DNA from: Novosphingobium sp.
Lineage (GTDB): Bacteria > Pseudomonadota > Alphaproteobacteria > Sphingomonadales > Sphingomonadaceae
NCBI GenBank assembly: GCA_017745295.1
Contig: JAGHZR010000004.1
Location: 63,938-127,937, forward strand
Length of the DNA: 64,000 nucleotides
Reading direction: 5' to 3'
The position numbers and the translations under genes are program-made. The notes under the pieces were generated by a model, which saw only the letters and a program-made list of their open reading frames with translations, was not told where the DNA came from and ran no database searches. Shown here piece after piece: positions 49,521-58,845 of this stretch (its first letter is position 1; each line of letters starts with the position of its first letter).

Positions 49521-50390
49521 TTACTTGGGCTGGTAGGTCTGTTCCGGTCCGGGGAAATTGCGGGCGCGCACTTCCTCGGCATATTTCGCTGCCGCTTCCG
49601 AGACCAGACCGGCCATGTCGGCATAGCGCTTCACGAAGCGCGGCACGCGGTCGAACATGCCCAGCATGTCTTCGGCGACGAGCACCTGGCCGTCGCACTG
49701 GGCCGAGGCGCCGATGCCGATCACCGGGATGTCGAGACTATGGGTGAGCGAAATCGCGATCGGTTCGAGCACTCCCTCGACGACGACCGAGAAGGCGCCT
49801 GCACCCGCCACGGCCTTGCCGTCCGAGATGATCTTGGCGTGCTCTTCCTGGCTGCGGCCGCGCGCGCCGTAGCCGCCGAGTGCGTTGACCGCCTGCGGGG
49901 TCAGGCCGATATGCGCCATCACCGGAATCCCGCGCTGGGTGAGGAAGGCGATCGTCTCGGCCATGGCCTCGCCGCCTTCGAGCTTCACGGCGGCGCAGCC
50001 GGTCTCGGCCATCACGCGCGAGGCCGAGGCGAAGGCCTGCTGCGGGCTGGCCTCATAGGAGCCGAAAGGCATGTCGACGACGACGAGCGAATGATAGCTG
50101 CCGCGCACGACTGCGGCACCATGGGCGATCATCATGTCGAGCGTGACGGGCAGGGTGGAGGGAAGGCCGTAGATCACCTGGGCCAGCGAATCTCCGACGA
50201 GCAGCATGTCGCAATGTTCGTCGAGAAGCTGGGCCTGACGCGCCGTATAGGCGGTCAGCATCACCAGCGGCTCGGTGGTCTTCCCCTCGACCTTGCGGCG
50301 CTGGATGGCGGGAACCGTCAGCCGCTTCATCGGCATCGGGGTGGGATTGGCGCGACTGGTCGCGGTGTCGAGCTGGAAGGTCGTGGACAT
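49521..50390 (-). CDS. panB: 3-methyl-2-oxobutanoate hydroxymethyltransferase
   Basis: [38 protein letters not shown]. Confidence 0.96.
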   Translation of the reverse strand: MSTTFQLDTATSRANPTPMPMKRLTVPAIQRRKVEGKTTEPLVMLTAYTARQAQLLDEHCDMLLVGDSLAQVIYGLPSTLPVTLDMMIAHGAAVVRGSYHSLVVVDMPFGSYEASPQQAFASASRVMAETGCAAVKLEGGEAMAETIAFLTQRGIPVMAHIGLTPQAVNALGGYGARGRSQEEHAKIISDGKAVAGAGAFSVVVEGVLEPIAISLTHSLDIPVIGIGASAQCDGQVLVAEDMLGMFDRVPRFVKRYADMAGLVSEAAAKYAEEVRARNFPGPEQTYQPK

Positions 50391-50590
50391 GGCAAAGGCT
50401 TCTAGCGCGAGGTTGGAAGATGCGCAAAAGCGCATTTTCATTGCCGACTGCGAGAAGAAGTAAACTTCAACCGGTTACGGGATGCCGTTTGCGCCTGAAT
50501 CCGCAATTGTGAAGAACCCGTGGCAATAGGGCTTGCCATGCCGACGCAGCCCGCTAGCGTCGGGCCATACAAAATTCGGGGGTCCACCGC

Positions 50591-52108
50591 ATGTTCGGAC
50601 GCGTAAAGCCGCTCGACGCCATTCTGGCGACGGCGGAAAAGAAATCTCTTCACAGGTCGCTGGGGGCGTTCCAGCTCACCATGCTCGGAATCGGTGCCGT
50701 GATCGGCACCGGTATTTTCGTTCTCACTGCCGAAGCCGCGCAGAAAGCCGGTCCCGGCATGATGCTCTCCTTCGTCATCGCCGGGTTCGTATGCGGCGTG
50801 GCAGCGCTTTGTTACGCCGAAATGGCGGCGATGGTCCCGGTTTCGGGTTCCGCCTATACCTATAGCTACGCGGTCATGGGCGAAACCGTCGCCTGGATGG
50901 TCGGCTGGGCGTTGATCCTGGAATATGCGATCGCCGCGGGCGCGGTTTCGGTCGGCTGGTCGGGCTACTTCGTCGGCTGGCTGAACAGCAGCTTTGGAAT
51001 GCACATCCCGCTCGATTTCGTGCGCGGACCTTTCGACGGCGGCATCATCAACATTCCGGCGATGCTGATCGCGGCCGCTGTTACCGCGCTGCTGATCAAG
51101 GGCACCAAGGAAAGCGCCACCGTCAACGCGGTGCTCGTGGGCATCAAGATCCTGGCGCTGGCGCTGTTCGTGGTCCTGACGATCCCGGTCATCAGGAGCG
51201 GCCAGTTCACCCCGTTCGCCCCGCTCGGCTTCGCGGGTATTTCCAGCGCCGCTGCCTCGATCTTCTTCGCCTATGTCGGTTTCGACGCGGTTTCGACCGC
51301 TGCGGAAGAGACCAAGAACCCGCAGCGCAACATGCCGATCGGCCTGATCGGCAGCCTCGGCATCTGCACGATCTTCTACATGCTGGTGGCTTCGGGCGTG
51401 ATCGGCACCGTCGGCGCGCAGCCGGTGCTCGGCGCCAACGGCGCAGCCCTTTCGCCCGGCACGCCGGAGCTTTCGCAGGCCTGCGCCGCCATTCACGAGA
51501 ATGCCGTCGTCTGCTCGAAGGAGGCTCTCGCCTGGACCCTGCGTCAGGTCGGCTATCCCTTCGTTGGCTGGCTTGTCGGCGCGGCGGCGATCATCGCGCT
51601 GCCCTCGGTCATCCTGATGATGATGTTCGGCCAGACCCGCATCTTCTTCGTGATGAGCCGCGACGGCCTGCTGCCCGAGTTCTTCTCGAAGGTGCATCCG
51701 CGCTTCCACACGCCGCATGTCATCACCATGTTGACTGGTCTGTTCGTGACCTTGTTCGCGGCATTCTTCCCGGTCGGCCTGCTGGCGGACGTGTCGAACT
51801 CCGGCACGCTGTTCGCCTTCGCGGCGGTGTCGATCGCGGTCATGGTGCTGCGCAAGACCGATCCCACGCGCAAGCGCCCGTTCCGCACGCCGGGCATCAT
51901 GCTGACCGCGCCGCTGGCGATCCTCGGCTGCATCTACCTGTTCTTCAGCCTCTCGGCGCAGACCATCGGCCTGTTCGTGGGCTGGGCGATCCTGGGCCTC
52001 ATCGTCTATTACAGCTACAGCCGCTCGCGCAGTCACGTCGGCCGTGGGGTGATCGAGACTCACGAGGTCGACGCCGACGCGCCGCCGCAGCCGGTCCCGC
52101 CGGTCTGA
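50591..52108 (+). CDS. APC-family amino acid permease
   Basis: GIGAVIGTGIF, GSAYTY, FFAYVGFD, EETKNP; about 12 TMs. Confidence 0.93.
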   Translation: MFGRVKPLDAILATAEKKSLHRSLGAFQLTMLGIGAVIGTGIFVLTAEAAQKAGPGMMLSFVIAGFVCGVAALCYAEMAAMVPVSGSAYTYSYAVMGETVAWMVGWALILEYAIAAGAVSVGWSGYFVGWLNSSFGMHIPLDFVRGPFDGGIINIPAMLIAAAVTALLIKGTKESATVNAVLVGIKILALALFVVLTIPVIRSGQFTPFAPLGFAGISSAAASIFFAYVGFDAVSTAAEETKNPQRNMPIGLIGSLGICTIFYMLVASGVIGTVGAQPVLGANGAALSPGTPELSQACAAIHENAVVCSKEALAWTLRQVGYPFVGWLVGAAAIIALPSVILMMMFGQTRIFFVMSRDGLLPEFFSKVHPRFHTPHVITMLTGLFVTLFAAFFPVGLLADVSNSGTLFAFAAVSIAVMVLRKTDPTRKRPFRTPGIMLTAPLAILGCIYLFFSLSAQTIGLFVGWAILGLIVYYSYSRSRSHVGRGVIETHEVDADAPPQPVPPV

Positions 52109-52132
52109 TCGGACGCCTCGTTGCGAAGAAGG

Positions 52133-52160
52133 AAGGGGAGCCACCGCGCTCCCCTTTTTC
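52133..52160 (+). terminator. Intrinsic terminator
   Basis: AAGGGGAGC-caccgc-GCTCCCCTTTTT. Confidence 0.8.
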
Positions 52161-52177
52161 TTGACCAGCGCGCAAAG

Positions 52178-52310
52178 ATATCCCGCGGTTGTCATCCGGC
52201 TATCCACCAGCTTTGCTCAGGATATCCAGACATTATCCACAAGCCTGCCACTTGGCCGGATAAGGGGAAATTTACCTATCGCTGCGATAATTCCGACAGG
52301 GCTATCCAAA
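52178..52310 (+). promoter_or_regulatory. DnaA box TTATCCACA (52233-52241) with phased degenerate copies
   Basis: One perfect box plus CTATCCACC, ATATCCAGA, CTATCCAAA, ATATCCCGC. Confidence 0.4.
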
Positions 52311-52324
52311 AATCGGGCACCATC

Positions 52325-52522
52325 ATGTCGGCTATCAAGGCGTTGATCCCAGGCTTCCTGCTGACTTGGATCGTTTCCACGATCATCGGCTCGCAAAGAT
52401 CGAGCGGTGGCGTTCTGGCGATCACGCATACGTTCTATCAGGGGCACGAGCTCTACTGGTCCTGGCCGCTGTTCTGCGGCGCAACCGCGCTCGCCTGGGC
52501 GCTCTTCGCGATGATGGAGTAA
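52325..52522 (+). CDS. Small two-TM membrane protein (65 aa)
   Basis: MSAIKALIPGFLLTWIVSTIIG...YWSWPLFCGATALAWALFAMME. Confidence 0.7.
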   Translation: MSAIKALIPGFLLTWIVSTIIGSQRSSGGVLAITHTFYQGHELYWSWPLFCGATALAWALFAMME

Positions 52523-52565
52523 CCGTCTGCGGAGCAAGTGGGGGCGCCGCGCGTTGCTGTCCCCG

Positions 52566-53285
52566 ATGTCCTTCCCGTTCGACCGTATCGTTCTGGCCCT
52601 GCTCCTTGCCGCCTGCATCCTGCTGGCCGGGCGAGGCTGGTTGCGGGAGCACCCCGGTTACGATCCCTGGACGCCGCTGACGCTGGAAGAGAGGCCGGGC
52701 TGGGCGACCCCGCGCAAGCTGGCCGCCGTTCGCGGCGACCGTGATCTCTGCCGCTCCTTCCTGGAGCGTAGCGGGATATCTCGTATCGCCTTGCCACCGC
52801 TCGGCAAGGGTGAGTGCCGCCGTGACGACCGCAAGGCTCTGGCAGCACCTCTGGCGGCCGGCGTGACGCTTTCTCCGGCGCGGGCAGAGGCGACTTGCGC
52901 CGTCGATGCGGGGATGGCCTGGTGGCTGAGACACGGGGTTCAGCCGCAGGCGGAGGCGATATTCTCAAGCAAGGTCGTCAGGATCGAGCAGCTCGGCACC
53001 TATAATTGCCGCCGTATCGGTAGCGGCGACAAAGGCAGTTGGAGCGAGCACGCGACCGGCAACGCGATCGACGTCTCGGCTTTCGTGCTGGCGAATGGTC
53101 GCCGAATCACGCTTCGCAAAGGCTGGAGGGGTGATACCGAGGAAGCGGCCTTCCTTCATGCGGTACGCGATTCGGCCTGCGAGAGCTTCTCGACGGTGCT
53201 CTCGCCGGACTACAACGCGGCCCATGCAGACCACCTGCATCTCGATCAGGCGCGCCGGATGGCGGGCTGGAAAGCATGTCGCTGA
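52566..53285 (+). CDS. Extensin-like C-terminal domain protein
   Basis: GTYNCR, SEHATGNAIDVS, LSPDYNAAHADHLHLD. Confidence 0.9.
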   Translation: MSFPFDRIVLALLLAACILLAGRGWLREHPGYDPWTPLTLEERPGWATPRKLAAVRGDRDLCRSFLERSGISRIALPPLGKGECRRDDRKALAAPLAAGVTLSPARAEATCAVDAGMAWWLRHGVQPQAEAIFSSKVVRIEQLGTYNCRRIGSGDKGSWSEHATGNAIDVSAFVLANGRRITLRKGWRGDTEEAAFLHAVRDSACESFSTVLSPDYNAAHADHLHLDQARRMAGWKACR

Positions 53286-53307
53286 TTTGCGGAAAAGCTC
53301 GATGGCG

Positions 53308-54189
53308 TTAACGCGCGCCAAGGACCCTTTCCAAGAAGCCCTCAACCATGGCCTTACGTTCGACCGGCAGGCAATCCGCCAGCCTATATCGCCGTTCGAA
53401 CAACCTGCCGGCTGCAATTTTTTCCAGCTCTGAATTTTCGTCAAATACCTCGACGATACTATCCATCATCAGAACCGCGCCGAACCCCTGAATTGCGAGT
53501 TTTACGCCAACGTCATGGTAGGGATATCGGCGAGCAATGACAGGTGAGTCTATGCCAAAAGTCGCCAGCCCCTGTTCATCCGTTTGCGGGGTCCCCGTAT
53601 CATAACTCGCGCCAAGAAACGGCAGGGAACCCAAGCCGCTGATGCGGGCCTGGCGCGCCAAATCTGCATTCGCATACAGGCCTGAACCGATAGTCGAAAT
53701 CAAGGTCGAATCGGGAAACTCTTCTGCATTCGCTACCGATATTACCGCGCCGTCGATTTCTCCGGCGGCTAGAGCACTCAGTACCGCCGATCTCGATTTG
53801 ATGGGTATGAAATCAAAATGGATGTCGCGATTATTCGCAAGAAATTCGGGAAGGGCAGGCCGCAGGTAGTCCTGGAGGAGATGCTCGCCGACATGCATTC
53901 TGATTGTCGACTGTTGCCCGCTCCTTCTGCGAAACCCATTGCTGATCCGGCGCCCTTGCTCGACGAACGCCTTTACGTCGGAATGAAACTCCCTCGCACA
54001 TTCTCGAAGTGAAGCAGAGGTTCCTCGTCGGCGCGCAAACAATTCGCTGCCCAATTGTCTTTCCAGAGTGCGGACATGATCGCTGACTGCGGCCTCCGAG
54101 ACGCCCAAGGCGTCGGCCGCCTTTCGAAAGCTGCCGGTTTCCTCGACTTTCAGGAGGATTTCGAGCTGGCGGATCGTGAAATCGAACAT
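53308..54189 (-). CDS. LysR family transcriptional regulator
   Basis: MFDFTIRQLEILLKVEETGSFRKAADALGVSEAAVSDHVRTLERQLG; atypical AT-richer codons. Confidence 0.9.
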   Translation of the reverse strand: MFDFTIRQLEILLKVEETGSFRKAADALGVSEAAVSDHVRTLERQLGSELFARRRGTSASLRECAREFHSDVKAFVEQGRRISNGFRRRSGQQSTIRMHVGEHLLQDYLRPALPEFLANNRDIHFDFIPIKSRSAVLSALAAGEIDGAVISVANAEEFPDSTLISTIGSGLYANADLARQARISGLGSLPFLGASYDTGTPQTDEQGLATFGIDSPVIARRYPYHDVGVKLAIQGFGAVLMMDSIVEVFDENSELEKIAAGRLFERRYRLADCLPVERKAMVEGFLERVLGAR

Positions 54190-54228
54190 TGTTCGAGGAT
54201 GTCTGACAACGCAGGGGTTGTCACCCCT
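54182..54228. promoter_or_regulatory. Two palindromes in the LysR/sulfatase divergent region
   Basis: TCGAACA-T-TGTTCGA (54182-54196) covers the LysR ATG; AGGGG-ttgtca-CCCCT at 54213-54228. Confidence 0.4.
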
Positions 54229-54328
54229 CAAGTTTTTGCGCCGTTGCTCCGACTGCAGGGAGAGAATTACGAAATAGGCGAATGAGAGCCGCCGAAACAC
54301 ATGTGCGGTCGCGCTTGGAGAGCCGGAC

Positions 54329-55774
54329 ATGCCAACCAAATCTGTTTCTCGCCGTGCGATTCTCGGGCAATCGATGGCGGCGCTTGGAGCAGGTCTGGCC
54401 CCGGAATTCCTGCACGCCCGGCAAAGCGGCCATTCGGACCGGCGCGGGCAGCAGCCCAATATCCTGTTCATCATGGCCGACGATCTCGGATATGCCGATG
54501 TATCGTGTTACGGGAGGCGTGATTACAGGACGCCAGCCATCGATCGCCTGGCGTCGGGAGGAGTGCGCTTCCTCCAAGGCTATGCCAATTCCGCCGTCTG
54601 CTCTGCTACGAGAACGGGGTTGATCACCGGTCGATATCAGAACCGGTTGCCGATCGGGCTGGAAGAGCCCCTCGCGTTCCGTGATGTTGGCCTGCCCCCG
54701 GATCATCCGACATTGCCCTCGCTGTTGCGCGGCCGCGGATATGAGACCTGCCTGATTGGAAAATGGCATCTCGGGGCGCTGCCGAAGTTCGGGCCGTTGC
54801 AGAGCGGCTACGATCATTTCTGGGGCTTCCGCGGTGGCGGCGTCGATTATTTTACTCACGGTGTGGGGGGCGTGAAGGATTTGTGGGATGGCGATCATCC
54901 CGTGGAGGCGACCGGCTATCTGACCGATCTACTCGCCGATCGCACTCTCGAGGCAATCGAGCGGAATGCTGAATCCGCAAAGCCGTTTTTCATCTCGCTG
55001 CATTTCAATGCGCCGCATTGGCCATGGGAAGGTCCGGACGATCAGGCAGAATCCCGGAGGCTCGATCAGTCGGACAAGCCTTTGGCGGTATTCCATTTCG
55101 ATGGAGGTTCGCAGCGCGTTTATGCAGAGATGGTCACAAGAATGGACTATCAAATCGGCCGCATCCTCGATCGTCTGGATTCATTGGGTCTTGCCGAAAA
55201 TACGATCGTGGTCTTCACGAGCGACAATGGCGGTGAAAGATTTTCCGATACATGGCCGTTCACCGGCCGGAAGACCGAACTGCTGGAGGGTGGATTGCGG
55301 GTGCCGGCTATCCTGCGATGGCCGAAATTTGCCGCGAAGGGCCATGATAGCCAGCAGGTCATGATATCGATGGATTGGCTGCCGACTTTGCTCGCAGCGG
55401 CCGGAGGTACGCCCGACCCTCGCTATCCGTCGGATGGAATTAATCTGCTCCCATTCCTGAAGACGCCCGAGCAAACTGTGCCGCGCACTTTGTGCTGGCG
55501 TTATAAAAATCTCGATCAGCGGGCCTGTCGAAGCGGAGAATGGAAATACCTAAAGATCCTTGAAAATATATTTCTTTTCAATGTTGTCGATGATCCGATG
55601 GAGCGAGCGAATCTCAAGGATCGCTTTCCTGAAAAATTGTCGGAATTGGAAGAGAAATACAGGGCGTGGGAGAGTCGGATGCTGCCGCTTGATCCCGCTT
55701 CGACAACGCACGGTTTCAGCGGGTCCGAGTTGGCCGACCATTATGGCGCGAAGCTCCATAACAGTGTCCGATGA
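54329..55774 (+). CDS. Tat-exported formylglycine-dependent (aryl)sulfatase
   Basis: SRRAIL Tat motif; PNILFIMADDLG, CSATRTGLITG, GKWHLG, FTSDNG, EGGLRVP. Confidence 0.92.
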   Translation: MPTKSVSRRAILGQSMAALGAGLAPEFLHARQSGHSDRRGQQPNILFIMADDLGYADVSCYGRRDYRTPAIDRLASGGVRFLQGYANSAVCSATRTGLITGRYQNRLPIGLEEPLAFRDVGLPPDHPTLPSLLRGRGYETCLIGKWHLGALPKFGPLQSGYDHFWGFRGGGVDYFTHGVGGVKDLWDGDHPVEATGYLTDLLADRTLEAIERNAESAKPFFISLHFNAPHWPWEGPDDQAESRRLDQSDKPLAVFHFDGGSQRVYAEMVTRMDYQIGRILDRLDSLGLAENTIVVFTSDNGGERFSDTWPFTGRKTELLEGGLRVPAILRWPKFAAKGHDSQQVMISMDWLPTLLAAAGGTPDPRYPSDGINLLPFLKTPEQTVPRTLCWRYKNLDQRACRSGEWKYLKILENIFLFNVVDDPMERANLKDRFPEKLSELEEKYRAWESRMLPLDPASTTHGFSGSELADHYGAKLHNSVR

Positions 55775-55806
55775 TCCCTCCGGGATGGTCGACTAACAAT
55801 GTTTGA

Positions 55807-55835
55807 CCCCGCCGAATTCAGCCAATTCGGCGGGG
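55807..55835. terminator. Strong hairpin after the sulfatase
   Basis: CCCCGCCGAATT-cagcc-AATTCGGCGGGG; no clear U-tract. Confidence 0.55.
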
Positions 55836-56108
55836 CAACAACTGCTTCGTCGAAGCGGAATGCGCCAGGCGATGCGTGAAATTACCGTTCTGCGCGAGCG
55901 AGGGTGAGAGAGGCCTCGGCTTTGTCGGGTGGCGCGCCAAGTACGCTTGCTCCAATCCATCTGATAAATGGCGAAAATCCGGGAAAATTCCCTAACGGAC
56001 TCGCAGCTTGCTTTTGGATTTCTCTCAGGCTAACACTGTTAGAGAGGTCGGCGGCAAGGCGCTCAAAGCGTTCGCCCCTCCCGTAAGGTCAATACCCGGG
56101 AGAGTTTT

Positions 56109-57563
56109 GTGACATTGACTGCACCTGTGCTTGCGCATCCGGATCGGATTTTCGTCGAGGGCGCCTGGCAGACCCCTCGGAGCCGCGCGAAAATCGACGT
56201 TATATCGGCGCATTCTGAAGAGACGCTGACGTCGGTGGCTGAAGCGGGCGTCGAGGACGTCGCGGCGGCCGCAGCTGCTGCTCGAACGGCGTTCGATGAA
56301 GGTCCCTGGCCGCGGATGGCGCCATCCGAGCGAGCCGGATACGTGCGTGCGATGTCGGAAGCTCTGGCTCCGCGCTTGCCGCAGCTCGAGCGGGCCTGGG
56401 TCGATCAGATCGGAGCGCTTTCCGTCGCTGCCCCGTTCGTGATCGGCAGCGGGAAGTTCTGGTTCGATTATTATGCGGATATTGCAGAGCGATATGAGTG
56501 GGATAGGCCTGTTCCTCGCTTCGATGGCCAGGGAACGGCCCACATTGTGCGTGAGCCTGCCGGCGTCGTTGCGGCAATCGCGCCGTGGAACAATCCCTTC
56601 GGCATCATGGCAAGCAAGGTTGCCGGCGCGCTTACGGCGGGATGCACCGTCGTGATGAAGCCGGCGCCCGAGACCCCCATTGAGGCATACATCATCGCGG
56701 AGGCAGCGGAGCAGGCGGGTCTGCCGTCCGGCGTCGTGAACCTCGTCTGCGCCGGACGAGAGGCATCGGACCGTCTCGTGCGGGATCCTCGTATCGATAA
56801 AGTGAGCTTTACCGGAAGCGTTGGCGCCGGGCGGATCATCGGGATGGCATGCGCCGAACGCTTCGCGCGGTGCACGCTGGAACTTGGCGGAAAGTCGGCT
56901 GCCATTATCCTCGAAGATGCCGATATCGAAGTCGCCGCACCGCTTCTGGCAAACGTCATTACCATGTCCGCCGGTCAGATCTGCGCCACGTTGAGCCGGG
57001 TCGTGGCAGTCGATGCCGTGTACGACCGGCTGATCGATGGCATTCGGGCGGAAATGGCCAAGGTTACGGTTGGCCATCCGGACGATCCCGGTGCCAGGAT
57101 GGGGCCGCTGGCGATGGAGCGCCAGCGCCAGCGCGTCGAAGAGTATGTGGGTATCGCTCAGGCCGAAGGTGCGCGGCTGGCGCTGGGGGGCACGCGAACC
57201 AGGCACATGGATCGCGGCTGGTACTTTGACCCGACGCTTTTCGTGGACGTCTCTCCGGACATGCGCATCGCCCGCGAGGAAGTTTTCGGTCCTGTGCTGA
57301 CGGTTCTTCGGGCTCGTGACGAAGCCGAGGCGATCCGGATCGCCAATGACAGCGACTTCGGACTCTATGGCGCAGTCTTCTGTGCTGACAAGGAACGGGC
57401 GTACCGGGTCTCGCGGCAAGTGCGCACCGGTACGATCGCCCATAACGGGTTCCTCTTCGATCCGTCGCTCCCGTTCGGCGGGTTCAAACATTCCGGGGTT
57501 GGGCGCGAAGGCGGGGAGGCCGGATTGACGGCCTTCACGGAAACGAAGTCGATCATTCTTTGA
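56109..57563 (+). CDS. Aldehyde dehydrogenase
   Basis: IAPWN, FTGS, LELGGKS, GQIC, EEVFGP; GTG start. Confidence 0.94.
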   Translation: MTLTAPVLAHPDRIFVEGAWQTPRSRAKIDVISAHSEETLTSVAEAGVEDVAAAAAAARTAFDEGPWPRMAPSERAGYVRAMSEALAPRLPQLERAWVDQIGALSVAAPFVIGSGKFWFDYYADIAERYEWDRPVPRFDGQGTAHIVREPAGVVAAIAPWNNPFGIMASKVAGALTAGCTVVMKPAPETPIEAYIIAEAAEQAGLPSGVVNLVCAGREASDRLVRDPRIDKVSFTGSVGAGRIIGMACAERFARCTLELGGKSAAIILEDADIEVAAPLLANVITMSAGQICATLSRVVAVDAVYDRLIDGIRAEMAKVTVGHPDDPGARMGPLAMERQRQRVEEYVGIAQAEGARLALGGTRTRHMDRGWYFDPTLFVDVSPDMRIAREEVFGPVLTVLRARDEAEAIRIANDSDFGLYGAVFCADKERAYRVSRQVRTGTIAHNGFLFDPSLPFGGFKHSGVGREGGEAGLTAFTETKSIIL

Positions 57564-57593
57564 AACGAACAGAATAACTTCGGGAGACTGATA

Positions 57594-57977
57594 ATGAACG
57601 ACCTTTTCGAACAGGGCATGACCGTTCGCCGTGAAATGTGGGGGCCGGAGCTTGCCGAACTGGCGGTCAAGAATGCGACCGAGTTCGCTAAGCCGTTTCA
57701 CGATATCATGACCCGCTATTGTTTCGGCGAAACGTGGAATCGCCCGGGACTGGGGCGCCGCGACCGCAGCCTTGCCACGATTTCGATGCTGATTGCTCTC
57801 GGCAAGGAAGTCGAGATCAAGATGCACGTCAAAGGCGGCCTCGCTAACGGCCTGACCGTCGAGGAAATCCGCGAGGTCGTCCTGCATTCGATGATCTATT
57901 GCGGCGTGCCGGCATCGGCGACGGCCCTCCGTGCGGCGGACGCGGCACTTGCAGAAATTGCCGAGGCGACTTCGTGA
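57594..57977 (+). CDS. Carboxymuconolactone decarboxylase (CMD/AhpD) family protein
   Basis: GMTVRREMWG, FGETWNRPGL, HVKGGLANG, YCGVP. Confidence 0.9.
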   Translation: MNDLFEQGMTVRREMWGPELAELAVKNATEFAKPFHDIMTRYCFGETWNRPGLGRRDRSLATISMLIALGKEVEIKMHVKGGLANGLTVEEIREVVLHSMIYCGVPASATALRAADAALAEIAEATS

Positions 57978-58843
57978 AGATCGCGTTCGTCGGGTTGGGC
58001 GCGATGGGACAACCCATGGCGCGGTGGCTGCTTTTGCAGGGCTTCAATGTCGCTGTCACGGACGCGAACGCCGATCTCGCTGCATCGTTCGGGACGAACT
58101 GGGCAGCGACAGCCGAGGAGGCAAGCGCAGGCGCGGATATCCTGATTACCATGCTGCCGAACGGAAAGATCGTTCGCGACGTGCTGCTGGGTTCGGGTAA
58201 CGCCGCAAATGCCCTCGCGCCCGATGCGGTGGTCGTCGACATGAGTTCTTCCGACGCGGCGGGAACCGTTCTGCTCGGTGCAGAACTGAGCGCCAGGGGC
58301 ATTCGCCTCGTGGATGCGCCGGTTTCCGGCGGCGTCGTTCTGGCAGGCCAGGGGAAACTGGCACTCATGGTGGGCGGCAGCGACGACAGCGCTTTCGAGA
58401 AAGTCGAACCCGTTCTGGAAGCGTTGAGCGGCAAGTTGCTGCGCGTCGGTAAGCTGGGGGCAGGACACGCTGCAAAGGCGATCAACAATGCCGTCGCTGC
58501 CTGCAATTTCGCGATCCTGTCCGAGGGTCTCGAACTCGGTCGGCGCTTTGGTCTGGACGGCAGCGTGCTTCTTGAAGTCGTGAATGGTTCGACCGGCCGG
58601 AGCGGGGTTTCGGAAGGTTTGTTCCCCGCGCAGGTCCTGGGCGAAAGATATGCCCTGGGTTTCGCTCTGGCGCTCATGACGAAGGATGTCGGCCTTGCCG
58701 ACGGCCTGCGAAGCGACCTCGGCCTTGAATTGCCGATGCTGGAGCAGACGCTCGCGCAATATCGTGCTGCGCTCGACGCTTTGGGCAACGGCGCGGATTT
58801 CACCGAATTCCACAAATTCGTCCAACAGAGCAGCGGAGACTGA
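57974..58843 (+). CDS. NAD(P)-dependent beta-hydroxyacid dehydrogenase (3-hydroxyisobutyrate dehydrogenase family)
   Basis: AFVGLGAMGQPMA, DAPVSGG, GHAAKAINN; GTGA overlap. Confidence 0.9.
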   Translation: MKIAFVGLGAMGQPMARWLLLQGFNVAVTDANADLAASFGTNWAATAEEASAGADILITMLPNGKIVRDVLLGSGNAANALAPDAVVVDMSSSDAAGTVLLGAELSARGIRLVDAPVSGGVVLAGQGKLALMVGGSDDSAFEKVEPVLEALSGKLLRVGKLGAGHAAKAINNAVAACNFAILSEGLELGRRFGLDGSVLLEVVNGSTGRSGVSEGLFPAQVLGERYALGFALALMTKDVGLADGLRSDLGLELPMLEQTLAQYRAALDALGNGADFTEFHKFVQQSSGD

Positions 58844-58845
58844 CG

